From an uncultured Clostridiaceae bacterium (lineage in GTDB: Bacteria > Bacillota > Limnochordia > Darwinibacteriales > Darwinibacteriaceae), in NCBI GenBank assembly GCA_964626065.1, contig CAZVDE010000004.1, positions 110-64,109 on the forward strand: a stretch of 64,000 nt of DNA, in the 5' to 3' direction. The notes beneath the pieces are model-generated. The model worked only from the letters and a program-made list of their open reading frames with translations, did no database searches and had not been told where the DNA came from. The first letter of the stretch is position 1. Each line of letters opens with the position of its first letter. Shown here in pieces: positions 48,438 through 58,700 of the stretch. The position numbers and the translations under genes are program-made.

Positions 48438-49844
48438 CTACCCGTCCCTCCTTGCAAGCTTTTGTTCAGCCAATAAATCCTTTAAGATCATGATCGCTTC
48501 CCGCGGATGTTCTTCGGCCAACAGACCCATGGGGGCCATTATGTACTGCCCATCCAGAAAGTAACGCGGGTGTTTGGGCCGCAGCTCCAAAGGGGCCTCG
48601 TCTGTTTTTTCCGCGCCCGCCAGAATCGTCCGCGGCTCTTGGCTGTTTACCAAGACACCCCCTGTACCGATCACCCGATCCACTTCGGAGAGATCCTTCC
48701 CGTCCTGCACCCAGATCAGCCCCGAGGGCGTGTACAATTCTGACAAACGGCCCACATGGCGTCCCACCCCCAACCGGGCTGCCTGGCGCGCCAAAGAGGC
48801 GTCCAGTCTGGCCTCGCGCTCCGTTTGGGGCAGTAGTTCAGGCCGTTTAGAAAGCTTTTGGGCATAATTGGCAATGTCTTCTTCCGCCCAGCCTGAGTCC
48901 TCCGCTAAGACTTCGGCACCGACAGCTTCCAACAGCGAAAGCACGCTGACTCGCACCCCTAAATCGCCTTCCACCGTTCGTTTGGCGTGGGGCTCCGGCA
49001 GCCCCCGCAGGACAACTCCCGCGGTAGTTGGTGCCCCGCTGCCGAAAGAATGAATATCAGTAGTGGCCCCGCCCACATCAACAATCATTAAGTCGCCCCA
49101 GCCCGGCACGGTGCGGGTACCTTCGCTTAACAGCTGGCCCGCCTTTAATACTGCCGCGGGTGTGGGCATGAAGATACCCTCGATGAACCGAGCCGCCTTA
49201 TTCAAACCCTTGGCGAAGACTATCTTCTCCATGAAAACCCGCCTAATCACTTCGCGGGCCGGCTCCACCACGAGTTTGCCGATTTGCGGCATCACATTGG
49301 GCGCTATATAGGTGCTGAACCGTTTGGGAAACATACCGGCCGCCTCCGCACTCACACTGCGGTTTCCGGCAATCACCACCGGCAGCGGCCTAGGTAAACC
49401 GGCCAGCACTCCGGCATTATGTAAAATATTAGCAGTATTGCCTCCATCTGTGCCCCCGGCCAAGAGGATTATGTCGGGTTCAAGCTCGATTATTTCTTCC
49501 CGATCTTCATCCGTAAGCTGAAACGAATAGGTACGCAAAACGCGGGCCCCTGCGCCGAGAGCAGCCTGTCTTGCCGCTTTGGCCGTCAAATCCTGCACCA
49601 AACCGATCGCCACCATGCGCAGCCCCCCCGCGGCGCTGGAACAGGCCAATTTGCGGCTTGTCATGATTGTTTCTTCAGAAAGGCCCAGGCCTGCCAAGCC
49701 GTTCTCGAGGCCAATGCTTACATCATCGGGTGTTGTGGGCGCGTTCGATTTAGCCATAACCTCAACCGCGCTTAGATTCACCGCAGTGATCTTCGTAAAC
49801 GTGCTGCCTATATCAATCAGAACTAATACTTCGTCCATTTCCAA
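48438..49844 (-). CDS. glmL: glutamate mutase reactivase/chaperone GlmL (MutL)
   Basis: 468 aa with an ASKHA-like N-terminus (VLVLIDIGSTFTKITAV). It lies between the S and E subunit genes. Confidence 0.75.
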   Translation of the reverse strand: MEMDEVLVLIDIGSTFTKITAVNLSAVEVMAKSNAPTTPDDVSIGLENGLAGLGLSEETIMTSRKLACSSAAGGLRMVAIGLVQDLTAKAARQAALGAGARVLRTYSFQLTDEDREEIIELEPDIILLAGGTDGGNTANILHNAGVLAGLPRPLPVVIAGNRSVSAEAAGMFPKRFSTYIAPNVMPQIGKLVVEPAREVIRRVFMEKIVFAKGLNKAARFIEGIFMPTPAAVLKAGQLLSEGTRTVPGWGDLMIVDVGGATTDIHSFGSGAPTTAGVVLRGLPEPHAKRTVEGDLGVRVSVLSLLEAVGAEVLAEDSGWAEEDIANYAQKLSKRPELLPQTEREARLDASLARQAARLGVGRHVGRLSELYTPSGLIWVQDGKDLSEVDRVIGTGGVLVNSQEPRTILAGAEKTDEAPLELRPKHPRYFLDGQYIMAPMGLLAEEHPREAIMILKDLLAEQKLARRDG

Positions 49845-49848
49845 GCTA

Positions 49849-50259
49849 TCACGCCCCCAGATCGGATCTTAAGGTGGGAATCACTTCCTGCGGCAGCGTA
49901 CTGGGAGGATAAACCCTATCAAAGCCCAATTGTCTGAATTTGGCCTCAACCTCAGACCATTCTTGGCTCCCCACCACGAGATATCCGCCGATATACATCA
50001 GAATGTCCCCGATGCCCGCTTCAATAAGGGCATCTCGTAAACCGCGCACATCAATCTCGGCGTGGCCGTATAACGAAGAAACCATGATAGCGTCCGCATT
50101 TGTCTCTAACGCGGCCTCCACAAATTCTTTTTGGGATACCAATACTCCCAGATTAACAACGTTAAACCCCGCCTCCTGAAAAGAGATTTCCAAGATCTTA
50201 TTCCCGACCGCATGCACATCCGAACCTATTACACCCAAAACCAATGTTTTCGCATCCAT
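49849..50259 (-). CDS. glmS: glutamate mutase sigma (S) subunit, B12-binding
   Basis: Begins [23 protein letters not shown]... with the DxHxxG cobalamin-binding motif. Near-collinear with clostridial MutS. Confidence 0.9.
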   Translation of the reverse strand: MDAKTLVLGVIGSDVHAVGNKILEISFQEAGFNVVNLGVLVSQKEFVEAALETNADAIMVSSLYGHAEIDVRGLRDALIEAGIGDILMYIGGYLVVGSQEWSEVEAKFRQLGFDRVYPPSTLPQEVIPTLRSDLGA

Positions 50260-50300
50260 CCATCATTCACCCCATCCCATCGTCTCGTTCTATGTTATAT

Positions 50301-51689
50301 TTACGCCGGGCTACTAAAGTCTTTCTCTATTGTTAAAAAAAAACCTTCCCACGAAAAAGATTGTTTCGCGGGAAGTTCTTCTTTCAAACCTGCTTCATAA
50401 ACCATCCACTCGGCAAAACTGCCGTAACCTTTGGTGGGATCATTGACGAAAACATGGGTTACCGCCCCCACCAGCATTCCCCCCTGCAGAATCGGGCTGC
50501 CGCTCATCCCTTGAATAATGCCCCCCGTTGCTTTGAGCAGGCGTTCATCCGTAACCTGAATGATAATGCCTTTATCGCTGGGCTTAGACTGATTATTAAC
50601 CCTGATAATATTAACGGTAAAACGCTCGATGCTGCTTCCGGAAATAACGGTGTAAATTTCAGCGGCCCCCTCCCGCACTTGGTGGGCAAAGGCCACCGGA
50701 ACGGGTTCGGGGAAGAAAGGATGCCGAAAGGACTGCCGCAGCTGCCCGAAGATGCCAAAACCGCTGTTAGAATCAATACTGCCCAGAACATCCTGTTCCC
50801 CATGGAAAAAGCCCACCTTTTCTCCCGGCGAACCCCTTGCTCCCACCCGCACGCTATCGATCGAGGCCTCTACAATGCTGCCTGAAACTATCCGAATGGG
50901 CCTGCTGAGGCTATCTGTAATTGCATGGCCCAAAGCTCCGAAACGCCCGCTGTTCGGGTCATAAAAACTCATCGTGCCCACCCCGGCCGCGGGATCTTCC
51001 AAGTAGATGCCCAGCAGATAATCGGTGGTGTTGCGGCCGAACAGATCGGTGCGCAGTGCTCGGATGGGCGTGATTTCGCAGGTTAGAATCCTGTTCCCCC
51101 GGCGCACCACGAATTTCAGTTTCTTCTTTTTTACCGCAAGCCCATTAATTAACTGGCTGACTTGCTCTGCCCGGTGTAGTGGGTGGCCTTCAACCGAAAG
51201 TAAAATATCACCGGCCTCAATGCCCCCATCCCGAGCGGGAAAGTATTCCTCACCATCAAGGCCTAATACCCCGCCCACCTGGCTGACCACCAAACCATCG
51301 GAACTGAGCAGGACCCCGATGGATTGGCCGCCGGGAAAAACCTGAATTAGGGGAACGACATCCACGACAACTTCGCTTAGGGGTAACCAGCCGAAGAGAT
51401 TAAGACGATAAGTGCTGCTGCCTAACTCTTCCGTATTAAAAAGGCCGGTAATTTCCACCCCCTCTTGATCGAAGAGGCGAAACGGAGGCCTTATGTCCAA
51501 GCTGAGCTCCATTCCGGGAAACACTCTTAACTGCTGCGGTATGCCCACCGCGGCCACCCAATAGGGCCCGCCGGCAATGACCAAGAGCAGGCCCAACAAA
51601 AGCGCCAACACTAAACGGAACAATCTTTTTTTCACAAAGCAACCTACCTCCCAGCATTTAGTTCTTGGGTGTAGGTTGCCCTTTCGCAC
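50301..51689 (-). CDS. spoIVB: sporulation signalling protease SpoIVB (S55)
   Basis: N-terminal TM, PDZ domain, and S55 catalytic region IIQGMSGSPI. It lies downstream of recN. Confidence 0.9.
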   Translation of the reverse strand: MRKGNLHPRTKCWEVGCFVKKRLFRLVLALLLGLLLVIAGGPYWVAAVGIPQQLRVFPGMELSLDIRPPFRLFDQEGVEITGLFNTEELGSSTYRLNLFGWLPLSEVVVDVVPLIQVFPGGQSIGVLLSSDGLVVSQVGGVLGLDGEEYFPARDGGIEAGDILLSVEGHPLHRAEQVSQLINGLAVKKKKLKFVVRRGNRILTCEITPIRALRTDLFGRNTTDYLLGIYLEDPAAGVGTMSFYDPNSGRFGALGHAITDSLSRPIRIVSGSIVEASIDSVRVGARGSPGEKVGFFHGEQDVLGSIDSNSGFGIFGQLRQSFRHPFFPEPVPVAFAHQVREGAAEIYTVISGSSIERFTVNIIRVNNQSKPSDKGIIIQVTDERLLKATGGIIQGMSGSPILQGGMLVGAVTHVFVNDPTKGYGSFAEWMVYEAGLKEELPAKQSFSWEGFFLTIEKDFSSPA

Positions 51690-51730
51690 TCGCAGATATT
51701 GAAGGAACTAGCTGGTAGGGTCCTCCGATC

Positions 51731-53407
51731 TTAATGAGCCTTACGCAATAATTCACGGGCGTGTTCCAGCGTCACCGCCTCTTCCGGCGTACCGCCCAGC
51801 ATGCGGGTGAGTTCTGCTAGGCGCTGCCCCTCGTCCAAATGAGCGACACTTACCGTAGTGCGTTCTTTGCCCGCCGATTTATAAACGGAATAGTGATTTG
51901 TCCCGTAACCGGCTATCACCGGAAGGTGAGTAACACAGAGAACCTGGCGCACACTGCCTAGGGAATACAATTTTTTGCCCAGGTTGACCGCGGTGCGCCC
52001 CCCTATACCCGCATCTATTTCATCAAAAATTATTGTGGGTGTCTGCTCCGCCTCCACCAAAATCGCCTTAATGGCCAGCATTACCCGGGATAATTCGCCA
52101 CCCGAAGCAATTTTGGCCAGCGGCTTCAACTCTTCGCCCACGTTGGGGGCCAGCATAAACTCAACTTCTTCCAAACCCCCCGGCCGCGGCACCTGCTCAG
52201 CAAGTGGGGTGAACTGAACTTTAAAGCGAGTATTGGCCATGGACAAATCACTAAGCTGAATCTCAATTTCCTTTTCTAGGCCACGCGCCAGCTCCGCCCG
52301 GGAAATAGTCACTTCCTTCGCCTTCTGCAGCCAGCGCCGGGCAATCGCCGCACTTTCCCGCTCAAGATGATCGACGCGGACCACCGCGTTCTTTAAGTCT
52401 TCCAGCTCCTCTTCGGCCCGCCGGCCGTAGGCTAAAATTTCCGCCACGCCGGCACCGTATTTGCGCCGCAGGTTATCAATCAGATCTAGGCGCAGCTCTA
52501 CTGTCTGCAAAAGGTTAGGGTCCGCCGGCAGCTGCTCCAGGTAATCGCTGAATTCGCGGTAAAGATCATTTAGATTCAAGCATATTTCCCGAAAACGTTC
52601 TTCCAGAGGATTTAGGGTTGCATCCAATTGGGCGGCCCGCCCCACTTCCGCTTCAATTATGGACAAACGCCGCAAAATTGATTCCTGCTCCGCGAAATTT
52701 TCACCCAGGCTGACGAGCAATAGACTGACCGCCTCCCTGATCCGATCCAAATTAGCCAGGCGGTTCCTTTCCAGCTCCAGGTGTTCGTCTTCGCCCGGTT
52801 TTAAAGCCGCTTCGGCGATTTCGGCCGTTTGAAAAGCCAAAAGATCGATCTGGCGATTCCTTTCCCTTTCATCCTGCTGCAGACGGCTCATTTCCGACCT
52901 CAGGGCGGACCATTGTTTGGCGAGGCGATTGGCTTCCGCAAGTAAAGCAGAATGTTCCGCTCCCCCATAGCCGTCCAACAACCTGCCGTGTTCTCTGGGG
53001 TGCAGCAGCCTCTGGCTGTCATACTGCCCGATAATATCCACTAGATGGGGTCCTAGTTGAGCCAGCTGCCCTACCGTCGCCAAACGGCCGTTGATCCAAC
53101 ATTTATTGCGCCCGTTAAGATTGAGTTCCCTGGCGATGATTAGTTCTTCACCCTCAAGCATACCCCACTCTTCGAGCAGCTTTGCGGCCGGCGCATTCAG
53201 GGTAAAACTACCGCTAACCTCTGTGGACTGCGCGCCGCTACGAATCATTTCCAAAGATGCCCTGTCCCCCAAAAGAAGGCCCAAAGCATCAACGATGATT
53301 GATTTTCCCGCCCCCGTTTCCCCCGTGAGCACACTGAATCCTTTGTAAAAAGACAAGTCCAACCTTTCAATCAAAGCAAAATCGCGGATCTGCAATTCTA
53401 TTAGCAC
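51731..53407 (-). CDS. recN: DNA repair protein RecN
   Basis: Walker A GETGAGKS at the N-terminus, a long coiled coil, and a C-terminal signature/Walker B region. Confidence 0.95.
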   Translation of the reverse strand: MLIELQIRDFALIERLDLSFYKGFSVLTGETGAGKSIIVDALGLLLGDRASLEMIRSGAQSTEVSGSFTLNAPAAKLLEEWGMLEGEELIIARELNLNGRNKCWINGRLATVGQLAQLGPHLVDIIGQYDSQRLLHPREHGRLLDGYGGAEHSALLAEANRLAKQWSALRSEMSRLQQDERERNRQIDLLAFQTAEIAEAALKPGEDEHLELERNRLANLDRIREAVSLLLVSLGENFAEQESILRRLSIIEAEVGRAAQLDATLNPLEERFREICLNLNDLYREFSDYLEQLPADPNLLQTVELRLDLIDNLRRKYGAGVAEILAYGRRAEEELEDLKNAVVRVDHLERESAAIARRWLQKAKEVTISRAELARGLEKEIEIQLSDLSMANTRFKVQFTPLAEQVPRPGGLEEVEFMLAPNVGEELKPLAKIASGGELSRVMLAIKAILVEAEQTPTIIFDEIDAGIGGRTAVNLGKKLYSLGSVRQVLCVTHLPVIAGYGTNHYSVYKSAGKERTTVSVAHLDEGQRLAELTRMLGGTPEEAVTLEHARELLRKAH

Positions 53408-53411
53408 AGGT

Positions 53412-53888
53412 TCACCCCTCTATCAGTTCCGTAATGCGAGAGTAGACCTCACCGGCGGGTCCTGTGGGCTTGTTTGGTTCTTTTTCAGCGCGGGTGACAA
53501 TTAAGATACTGTCATCACCCGCAATACTGCCGATCATTTCGGGCCATTCCAATTCATCAATCACCGCGGCCACCGCATGGGCGCCCCCGGGGTAAGTGCT
53601 AACCATGATCAGGGAACCGCTGAAATCGACCCCCCGTACGTAATCCTCGAAAATACGCTTAGCCCGCCTCAGCAGATCCCCCTTACTCACGGTGGGGGGC
53701 AGCGAGTATCTATAACCGCCCTTGCCGTTGGGGACTTTAGCCAAACGCAATTCTTTAATATCTCTGGAAATGGTGGCCTGGGTCACTTTAAACCCTTGCG
53801 CTGACAACAATTCCATTAATGCTTCCTGTGTTTCCACGTTGTGTTCCGCCACAATCTCCCAAATTTTGCTCTGCCGTCTATTCTTCAC
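53412..53888 (-). CDS. argR: arginine repressor
   Basis: Winged helix (QEALMELLSAQGFKVTQATISRDIKEL) plus a C-terminal arginine-binding domain (GDDSILIV). Confidence 0.9.
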   Translation of the reverse strand: MKNRRQSKIWEIVAEHNVETQEALMELLSAQGFKVTQATISRDIKELRLAKVPNGKGGYRYSLPPTVSKGDLLRRAKRIFEDYVRGVDFSGSLIMVSTYPGGAHAVAAVIDELEWPEMIGSIAGDDSILIVTRAEKEPNKPTGPAGEVYSRITELIEG

Positions 53889-54756
53889 GGATACCCCCCC
53901 ATGTCTGCGGCATCTTCAACCTACTGTGCAGCACTTGGAAAAACCCCCTGCCGCTAAGTTTAACAAAAATCGCCGGTTGTTTTGCTTTGCAGATCATTAC
54001 CTGATCCCCGGTCTGCAGCGGAAAACCCTGCTGCCCGTCTATTGTGAGCGTGGCTTCTTCCCGGGCTCGATTGAGCCTGACGCAGACCCTGCTGTGCGGC
54101 CTGGCCAATACGGAGCGCGATGCTAAAGAATGGGCACAGATGGGCGTGATGCAAATGCTCTCCAAAAGAGGCTCTATAATCGGCCCTCCGGCGCTGAGTG
54201 AATAAGCAGTCGAACCGGTAGGCGTGGCGATAATGATGCCATCGGCCACATAGTCTGTCACATGCTGTTCGTCGATGAAAATGCTCAAATCGATGATGCG
54301 GGCAAAGGTCCCTCTAGTTACTACAAAATCGTTCAAAGCGGTATAGGTGGCAATATTTGCCCCATCGCGCTTGACCCTCGCTTCGATAAGCATCCGTTCT
54401 TCCAGCTGATAATCACCGCCCAGCAGTTTTTCCAGAGCGGGAAAAAGGCCATCCGTTTCCACCTCGGTGAGAAAACCTAAGTGCCCCACATTTACACCAA
54501 AAATGGGCACCTGCACCCGGCTGGTGAGGCGGGCGGCATTCAACAGCGTCCCATCACCGCCTAGGGCGATCACCACTCCAAATCTGCTTAAATCAACGGC
54601 TTGGGGATTGGGGATTACAGCATATGGAACGGAACGCTGCTGAAGATAATCCTCCAATATTTCCGTTAGGGCGAGGGCCGCTTCTTTACCCGTATGTGGT
54701 ATAATTCCAATCTCCATTGGTATGATTTCCCCTTTCATCTCTCGACCTGCTCCCAA
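53878..54756 (-). CDS. nadK: NAD kinase
   Basis: GGDGT motif (VVIALGGDGTLLNAARL). Confidence 0.9.
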   Translation of the reverse strand: MGAGREMKGEIIPMEIGIIPHTGKEAALALTEILEDYLQQRSVPYAVIPNPQAVDLSRFGVVIALGGDGTLLNAARLTSRVQVPIFGVNVGHLGFLTEVETDGLFPALEKLLGGDYQLEERMLIEARVKRDGANIATYTALNDFVVTRGTFARIIDLSIFIDEQHVTDYVADGIIIATPTGSTAYSLSAGGPIIEPLLESICITPICAHSLASRSVLARPHSRVCVRLNRAREEATLTIDGQQGFPLQTGDQVMICKAKQPAIFVKLSGRGFFQVLHSRLKMPQTWGGIREE

Positions 54757-55535
54757 GCATTTGAGATTACATCTACGGCATCATCGCCAATGTCCCGGCC
54801 CGGTACGCGGGCGGTAAAATGGGCCAAAAATTCAAGATTGCCTTTAGAGCCGGCAATGGGCGAAAAACTGAAATTTTCCAGGCGAAACCCCATGCCCTGC
54901 AGATCGTTTAGTAGGGGTGGAATAAACTTGATGTGAGTAGACGCAGCACTAATGACGCCGTGTTTATTCAAGCCCTGCCCGCCCGTTTCAAACTGGGGTT
55001 TGATCAAAGCAATGACCTGTCCTTCCTTGGGGAGCAGCGAAAACAAAACGGGGAAAACTTTACGCAGAGAGATAAAGGCCACATCTATAACGGCCAAATC
55101 GGGCAACTGCCCCAAATCCCGCTCTGTTACGACCCGGATATCGGTGTTTTCCATCACTATCACGCGTGGATCTGTTTTCAGTTCGGCCGCCAACTGATCC
55201 CGGCCCACATCCACCGCGTACACTAGGCGGGCCCCCCTCTGCAGAAGGCAGCTGGTGAAGCCGCCCGCAGCGGCACCCACATCTAGCGCCACCATCCCCG
55301 CCACATCCACACGAAAATGGGCTAGAGCTTTCTCTAACTTGAGGCCCGCCCGACTGGGATAGGCGAGAACGGGGCCGCGAATTTCCAGAACGGCATCGCC
55401 CGTTATCCGCCAACTGGCCTTGTTGATCTGCTCACCATCCACAAACACCTGCCCGGCGGTGATAGCCTCTTTTGCCCTCTGTCTGGAGGAAACGAGCCCC
55501 CGCCGCACCAAGGCTGTATCTAAACGCATACTCAA
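54735..55535 (-). CDS. tlyA: TlyA-family rRNA 2'-O-methyltransferase
   Basis: S4 domain followed by FtsJ-like SAM motif I (DVGAAAGGFT). Confidence 0.9.
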   Translation of the reverse strand: MSMRLDTALVRRGLVSSRQRAKEAITAGQVFVDGEQINKASWRITGDAVLEIRGPVLAYPSRAGLKLEKALAHFRVDVAGMVALDVGAAAGGFTSCLLQRGARLVYAVDVGRDQLAAELKTDPRVIVMENTDIRVVTERDLGQLPDLAVIDVAFISLRKVFPVLFSLLPKEGQVIALIKPQFETGGQGLNKHGVISAASTHIKFIPPLLNDLQGMGFRLENFSFSPIAGSKGNLEFLAHFTARVPGRDIGDDAVDVISNAWEQVER

Positions 55536-57412
55536 TCCCTTCCGACCTGCAGCGGCGCGATTTTTCCGGTAAGCGCCGAGCGCACCGTGCGGGCCACATA
55601 CTCGGCCGTCAAGCCATACTCTCCATGCAGCTGGCTAATGCTGCCCTGGGGGATAAACTGATCGGGATAGCCCAAGCGTTCCACCCGGACACCTTTCTCG
55701 GCTGCCAATAATTCCAAGACCCCGCTGCCAAACCCGCCCGCCAAGACATTATCCTCCAAAGTCAAAACACATTTTGTAGCTCGGGCCAATTTGAGCAGCA
55801 AGGCTCGATCTAAGGGTTTGAGAGAGCGCACGTTAACAACTGAACAGCTGAATTCCGGTTCCAAGCCGCGCGCCGCTTCCAAGGCCACTTCCACCAAGGG
55901 CCCCACTGCGAAAATAACGCAGTCGCGCCCCCCTTTGATCTCCTGCGCGGCAACGGAACCCTCCCAATTAAGTTCAATCATGCCGTTAAAGGGTGCCGTT
56001 TGAGCCCGAGGGTAACGGATCGCCACCGGGCCGGGCTGCCGAAATGCCCAGTGCAGCATCGCTGCTAATTCCGCCCCGTTGCGGGGGGCAAGAATGGTCA
56101 AATTAGGGACTAAACGTAAAAAACTAATGTCGAAAACTCCATGGTGGGTGGGCCCATCATCGCCCACCACGCCGGCCCGATCGACCGCTATGACCACAGG
56201 AAGTTTTTGCAGGGCGATATCATGAATAATCTGATCATAGCCGCGCTGCAAAAAAGTCGAGTAAATCGCGGCAAAAGGCCTCAGTCCGTTTTTGGCCATG
56301 CCCGCGGCCAAGGTTAAGGCATGCTGTTCCGCAATACCCACATCAAAAAAACGGTCCGGGAACTCCCTGGCAAAAGCGCCCAATCCGGTACCATCACGCA
56401 TCGCGGCCGTAATTGCCACCACATCGGGGTTTTCTCTGGCCAATTTTGCCACAGTCCGGCCGAATACTTCACTGTAAGACATGGTTTCCACTTTCTGCAC
56501 CACGCGCAAAGGCCCCACACCGTGATAACGATGGGGGTTTTCTTCGGCCTGGGCGTGTCCGCGCCCTTTTTGCGTATAAACGTGCAGCAGCACCGGCCCT
56601 CGCCTATTCAAGGCGGCCCCGATCGCCCTTTGAAGTTGGGCTATGTTATGCCCGTCAAAGGGACCTAGATAAGTAAAACCCAGCTCCTCAAAGAGCTGCC
56701 CGGGCAGCATATTTTTCAACGTATTCTTAAAATAATGGGCCATTTTAGCAACGGGGTTTCCCACCACGGGTATTTTGCGCAGAAAGGCCGAAAGATCCTC
56801 GCGGGCCCTGTATAACCTGGTATCGGAGCGAATTCTGCCCAGATAGTCGCTTAAAGCCCCCACATTATTGGTAATGGACATCTCGTTGTCATTGAGGATA
56901 ACAACCAAATCGGTGCCCAACGAGCCCATGTGGTTTAAAGCCTCGAAGGCCATGCCCCCCGTTAAGGCACCATCGCCCATCACCGCCACCACATGGTAAT
57001 CCTCGCCTCGCAGATCACGGGCAATGGCCATTCCCGCAGCGGCCGAAATGGAGGTGGAGCTGTGGCCCACGCCAAAGTGATCGTGTTCGCTTTCCTTGGG
57101 TAGGGGAAACCCGGAAAGACCCTGCCATTGGCGGAGCGTGTGAAATCCTTCACGCCTGCCTGTAACCAGTTTGTGAGGATAGCATTGGTGGCCCACGTCC
57201 CAAACAATTCGATCGCGGGGACTAGATAAAGTGGAATGCAGGGCCAAGGTAAGCTCAACAACGCCCAAATTGGCCCCCAAATGGCCTCCCGTGCGCTCCA
57301 CTGTGCTGATGATCTCGCTGCGAATTTCCCCTGCCAAGGCCTCCAGCTCGTCAAGGGTCAGCTGTTTTAAATCCTGTGGAGATTTGATTTCTCTCAATAA
57401 AGATTGACCCAT
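55532..57412 (-). CDS. dxs: 1-deoxy-D-xylulose-5-phosphate synthase
   Basis: 626 aa with the TPP-binding motif GDGALTGGMAFEALN and a transketolase-like C-terminus. Confidence 0.95.
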   Translation of the reverse strand: MGQSLLREIKSPQDLKQLTLDELEALAGEIRSEIISTVERTGGHLGANLGVVELTLALHSTLSSPRDRIVWDVGHQCYPHKLVTGRREGFHTLRQWQGLSGFPLPKESEHDHFGVGHSSTSISAAAGMAIARDLRGEDYHVVAVMGDGALTGGMAFEALNHMGSLGTDLVVILNDNEMSITNNVGALSDYLGRIRSDTRLYRAREDLSAFLRKIPVVGNPVAKMAHYFKNTLKNMLPGQLFEELGFTYLGPFDGHNIAQLQRAIGAALNRRGPVLLHVYTQKGRGHAQAEENPHRYHGVGPLRVVQKVETMSYSEVFGRTVAKLARENPDVVAITAAMRDGTGLGAFAREFPDRFFDVGIAEQHALTLAAGMAKNGLRPFAAIYSTFLQRGYDQIIHDIALQKLPVVIAVDRAGVVGDDGPTHHGVFDISFLRLVPNLTILAPRNGAELAAMLHWAFRQPGPVAIRYPRAQTAPFNGMIELNWEGSVAAQEIKGGRDCVIFAVGPLVEVALEAARGLEPEFSCSVVNVRSLKPLDRALLLKLARATKCVLTLEDNVLAGGFGSGVLELLAAEKGVRVERLGYPDQFIPQGSISQLHGEYGLTAEYVARTVRSALTGKIAPLQVGRD

Positions 57413-57415
57413 AAA

Positions 57416-57985
57416 TTATGACCTCTTTTTGTTTTTCTCTGTAGTGAGGTGCACCCTAAGACCGATCCGCTCCAAAGAATGAAGCACTTTACCGGCGGCA
57501 AGTAGGATCGAAGTGGAATTTGAGATTGCAAAGCCCTTGCCGATCGCCTTTCCGCCCACCGTAACCGCGGCAATGAATGCCACCATCATAGTTGTGGCTA
57601 ATGCCTCGCCCACGCCCGCTGCACGCGTACTCAGCCTGAAAATGATCGCTGCGCCAACGGCGCCGCTTAATGTGCCCGCCACATCGCCCACCAAATCATT
57701 GCAAAAGGTAGATACCCGATCGGCGTTCCGGACCAGCCAAATCGCCTCTTTAGCGCCGAACAGCCGATTAGATGCCATGGCATGAAAGGGCGATTCTTCG
57801 CCGGCGGTGGCGGCCACACCGAGAACATCGAATACTACGCCGATTAGGATAATAAAAAATAGTAACAAGATGCTTAATGTCAGTGGTAAATACGACAATA
57901 CGCTGTTACTACCCAGATTAAGTATTACGGAGAAGGCAAAGGTGGTTAATGTTAAAGTAAGTACCGCTTTCCATCGTTTTTGCAT
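57416..57985 (-). CDS. oapA: small polytopic membrane protein, candidate OLE-associated protein OapA
   Basis: 189 aa, roughly 4 TM. It lies immediately downstream of a roughly 700-nt ORF-free region and upstream of dxs, which is the described ole-oapA context. Confidence 0.55.
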   Translation of the reverse strand: MQKRWKAVLTLTLTTFAFSVILNLGSNSVLSYLPLTLSILLLFFIILIGVVFDVLGVAATAGEESPFHAMASNRLFGAKEAIWLVRNADRVSTFCNDLVGDVAGTLSGAVGAAIIFRLSTRAAGVGEALATTMMVAFIAAVTVGGKAIGKGFAISNSTSILLAAGKVLHSLERIGLRVHLTTEKNKKRS

Positions 57986-58029
57986 TTTTTTCTTCCTTAG
58001 AAAAATACCGAGGTGAATGGCGGCAAAAT

Positions 58030-58700
58030 GGGTAAAGATTGTGGCTTAGGTCCAGCAGGTTTTCCCAAAGATCTTCCAACCCGTCACCGTGGCTGGCGGT
58101 TTCCCCTTTCTGATCCTTTCGCTTGTCACCAAAGTCGAGGCTGGATTACCACTTAGACCACACCGTAATCCCCATTTTACCATCCCCAAGAACGAGAAAC
58201 AGTCTAGGAGTTTTCCTCAACGCCCATGTTTCGTTTTCTAGTCTCTTTTGCAGTGGTGGTTTCAAGTGTTCCGCAGACTGCGGCCTTGGGTCCCTTTGGC
58301 CTTCAGGGCCCCCCATTTAACCACTATTCCCCAACCACCACTCAAGACAGGCTACTCTGCACCCAACACCACATGTACAATTCGAGCTGCGAAGCCGGAT
58401 CGCGTGCAGGTTCAATCCCAAGCCGTAAAAATACGTTCTCCATATTTCCACAGTCATGGGTCTCCGTGGAAGGAGGGTCAACGCCTACATGCCCTTGTAG
58501 ATCGCCCGCCTTCCTTAACCCCCAGCAGCAACCCCCGACTGGGCGTCGGAAGCCACCACCAAGGACTTCATCGATGTGCCCTTAACGGATTTTTAGGCCC
58601 GTCTTCGACAACGAAATAGACGACTAGAATACTGCGCCATTCACCTTGAGGTGGTCTTATTATATCACAAGCGGCAAAAGCGGCGCAAGTGGGCAGAAAA
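58030..58700 (-). ncRNA. ole: candidate OLE (ornate large extremophilic) RNA
   Basis: About 700 nt between ispA and the oapA-like gene, with only short spurious ORFs on either strand. It is GC-rich with many local inversions. The context (xseA-xseB-ispA-[RNA]-membrane protein-dxs-tlyA-nadK...recN) is the published OLE neighbourhood. The boundaries are approximate. Confidence 0.55.

Noticed and set aside
55060-55413. Arg/Gly/Cys-rich 117-aa ORF
   Set aside because: Antisense inside tlyA. Low-complexity product typical of out-of-frame GC-rich sequence.
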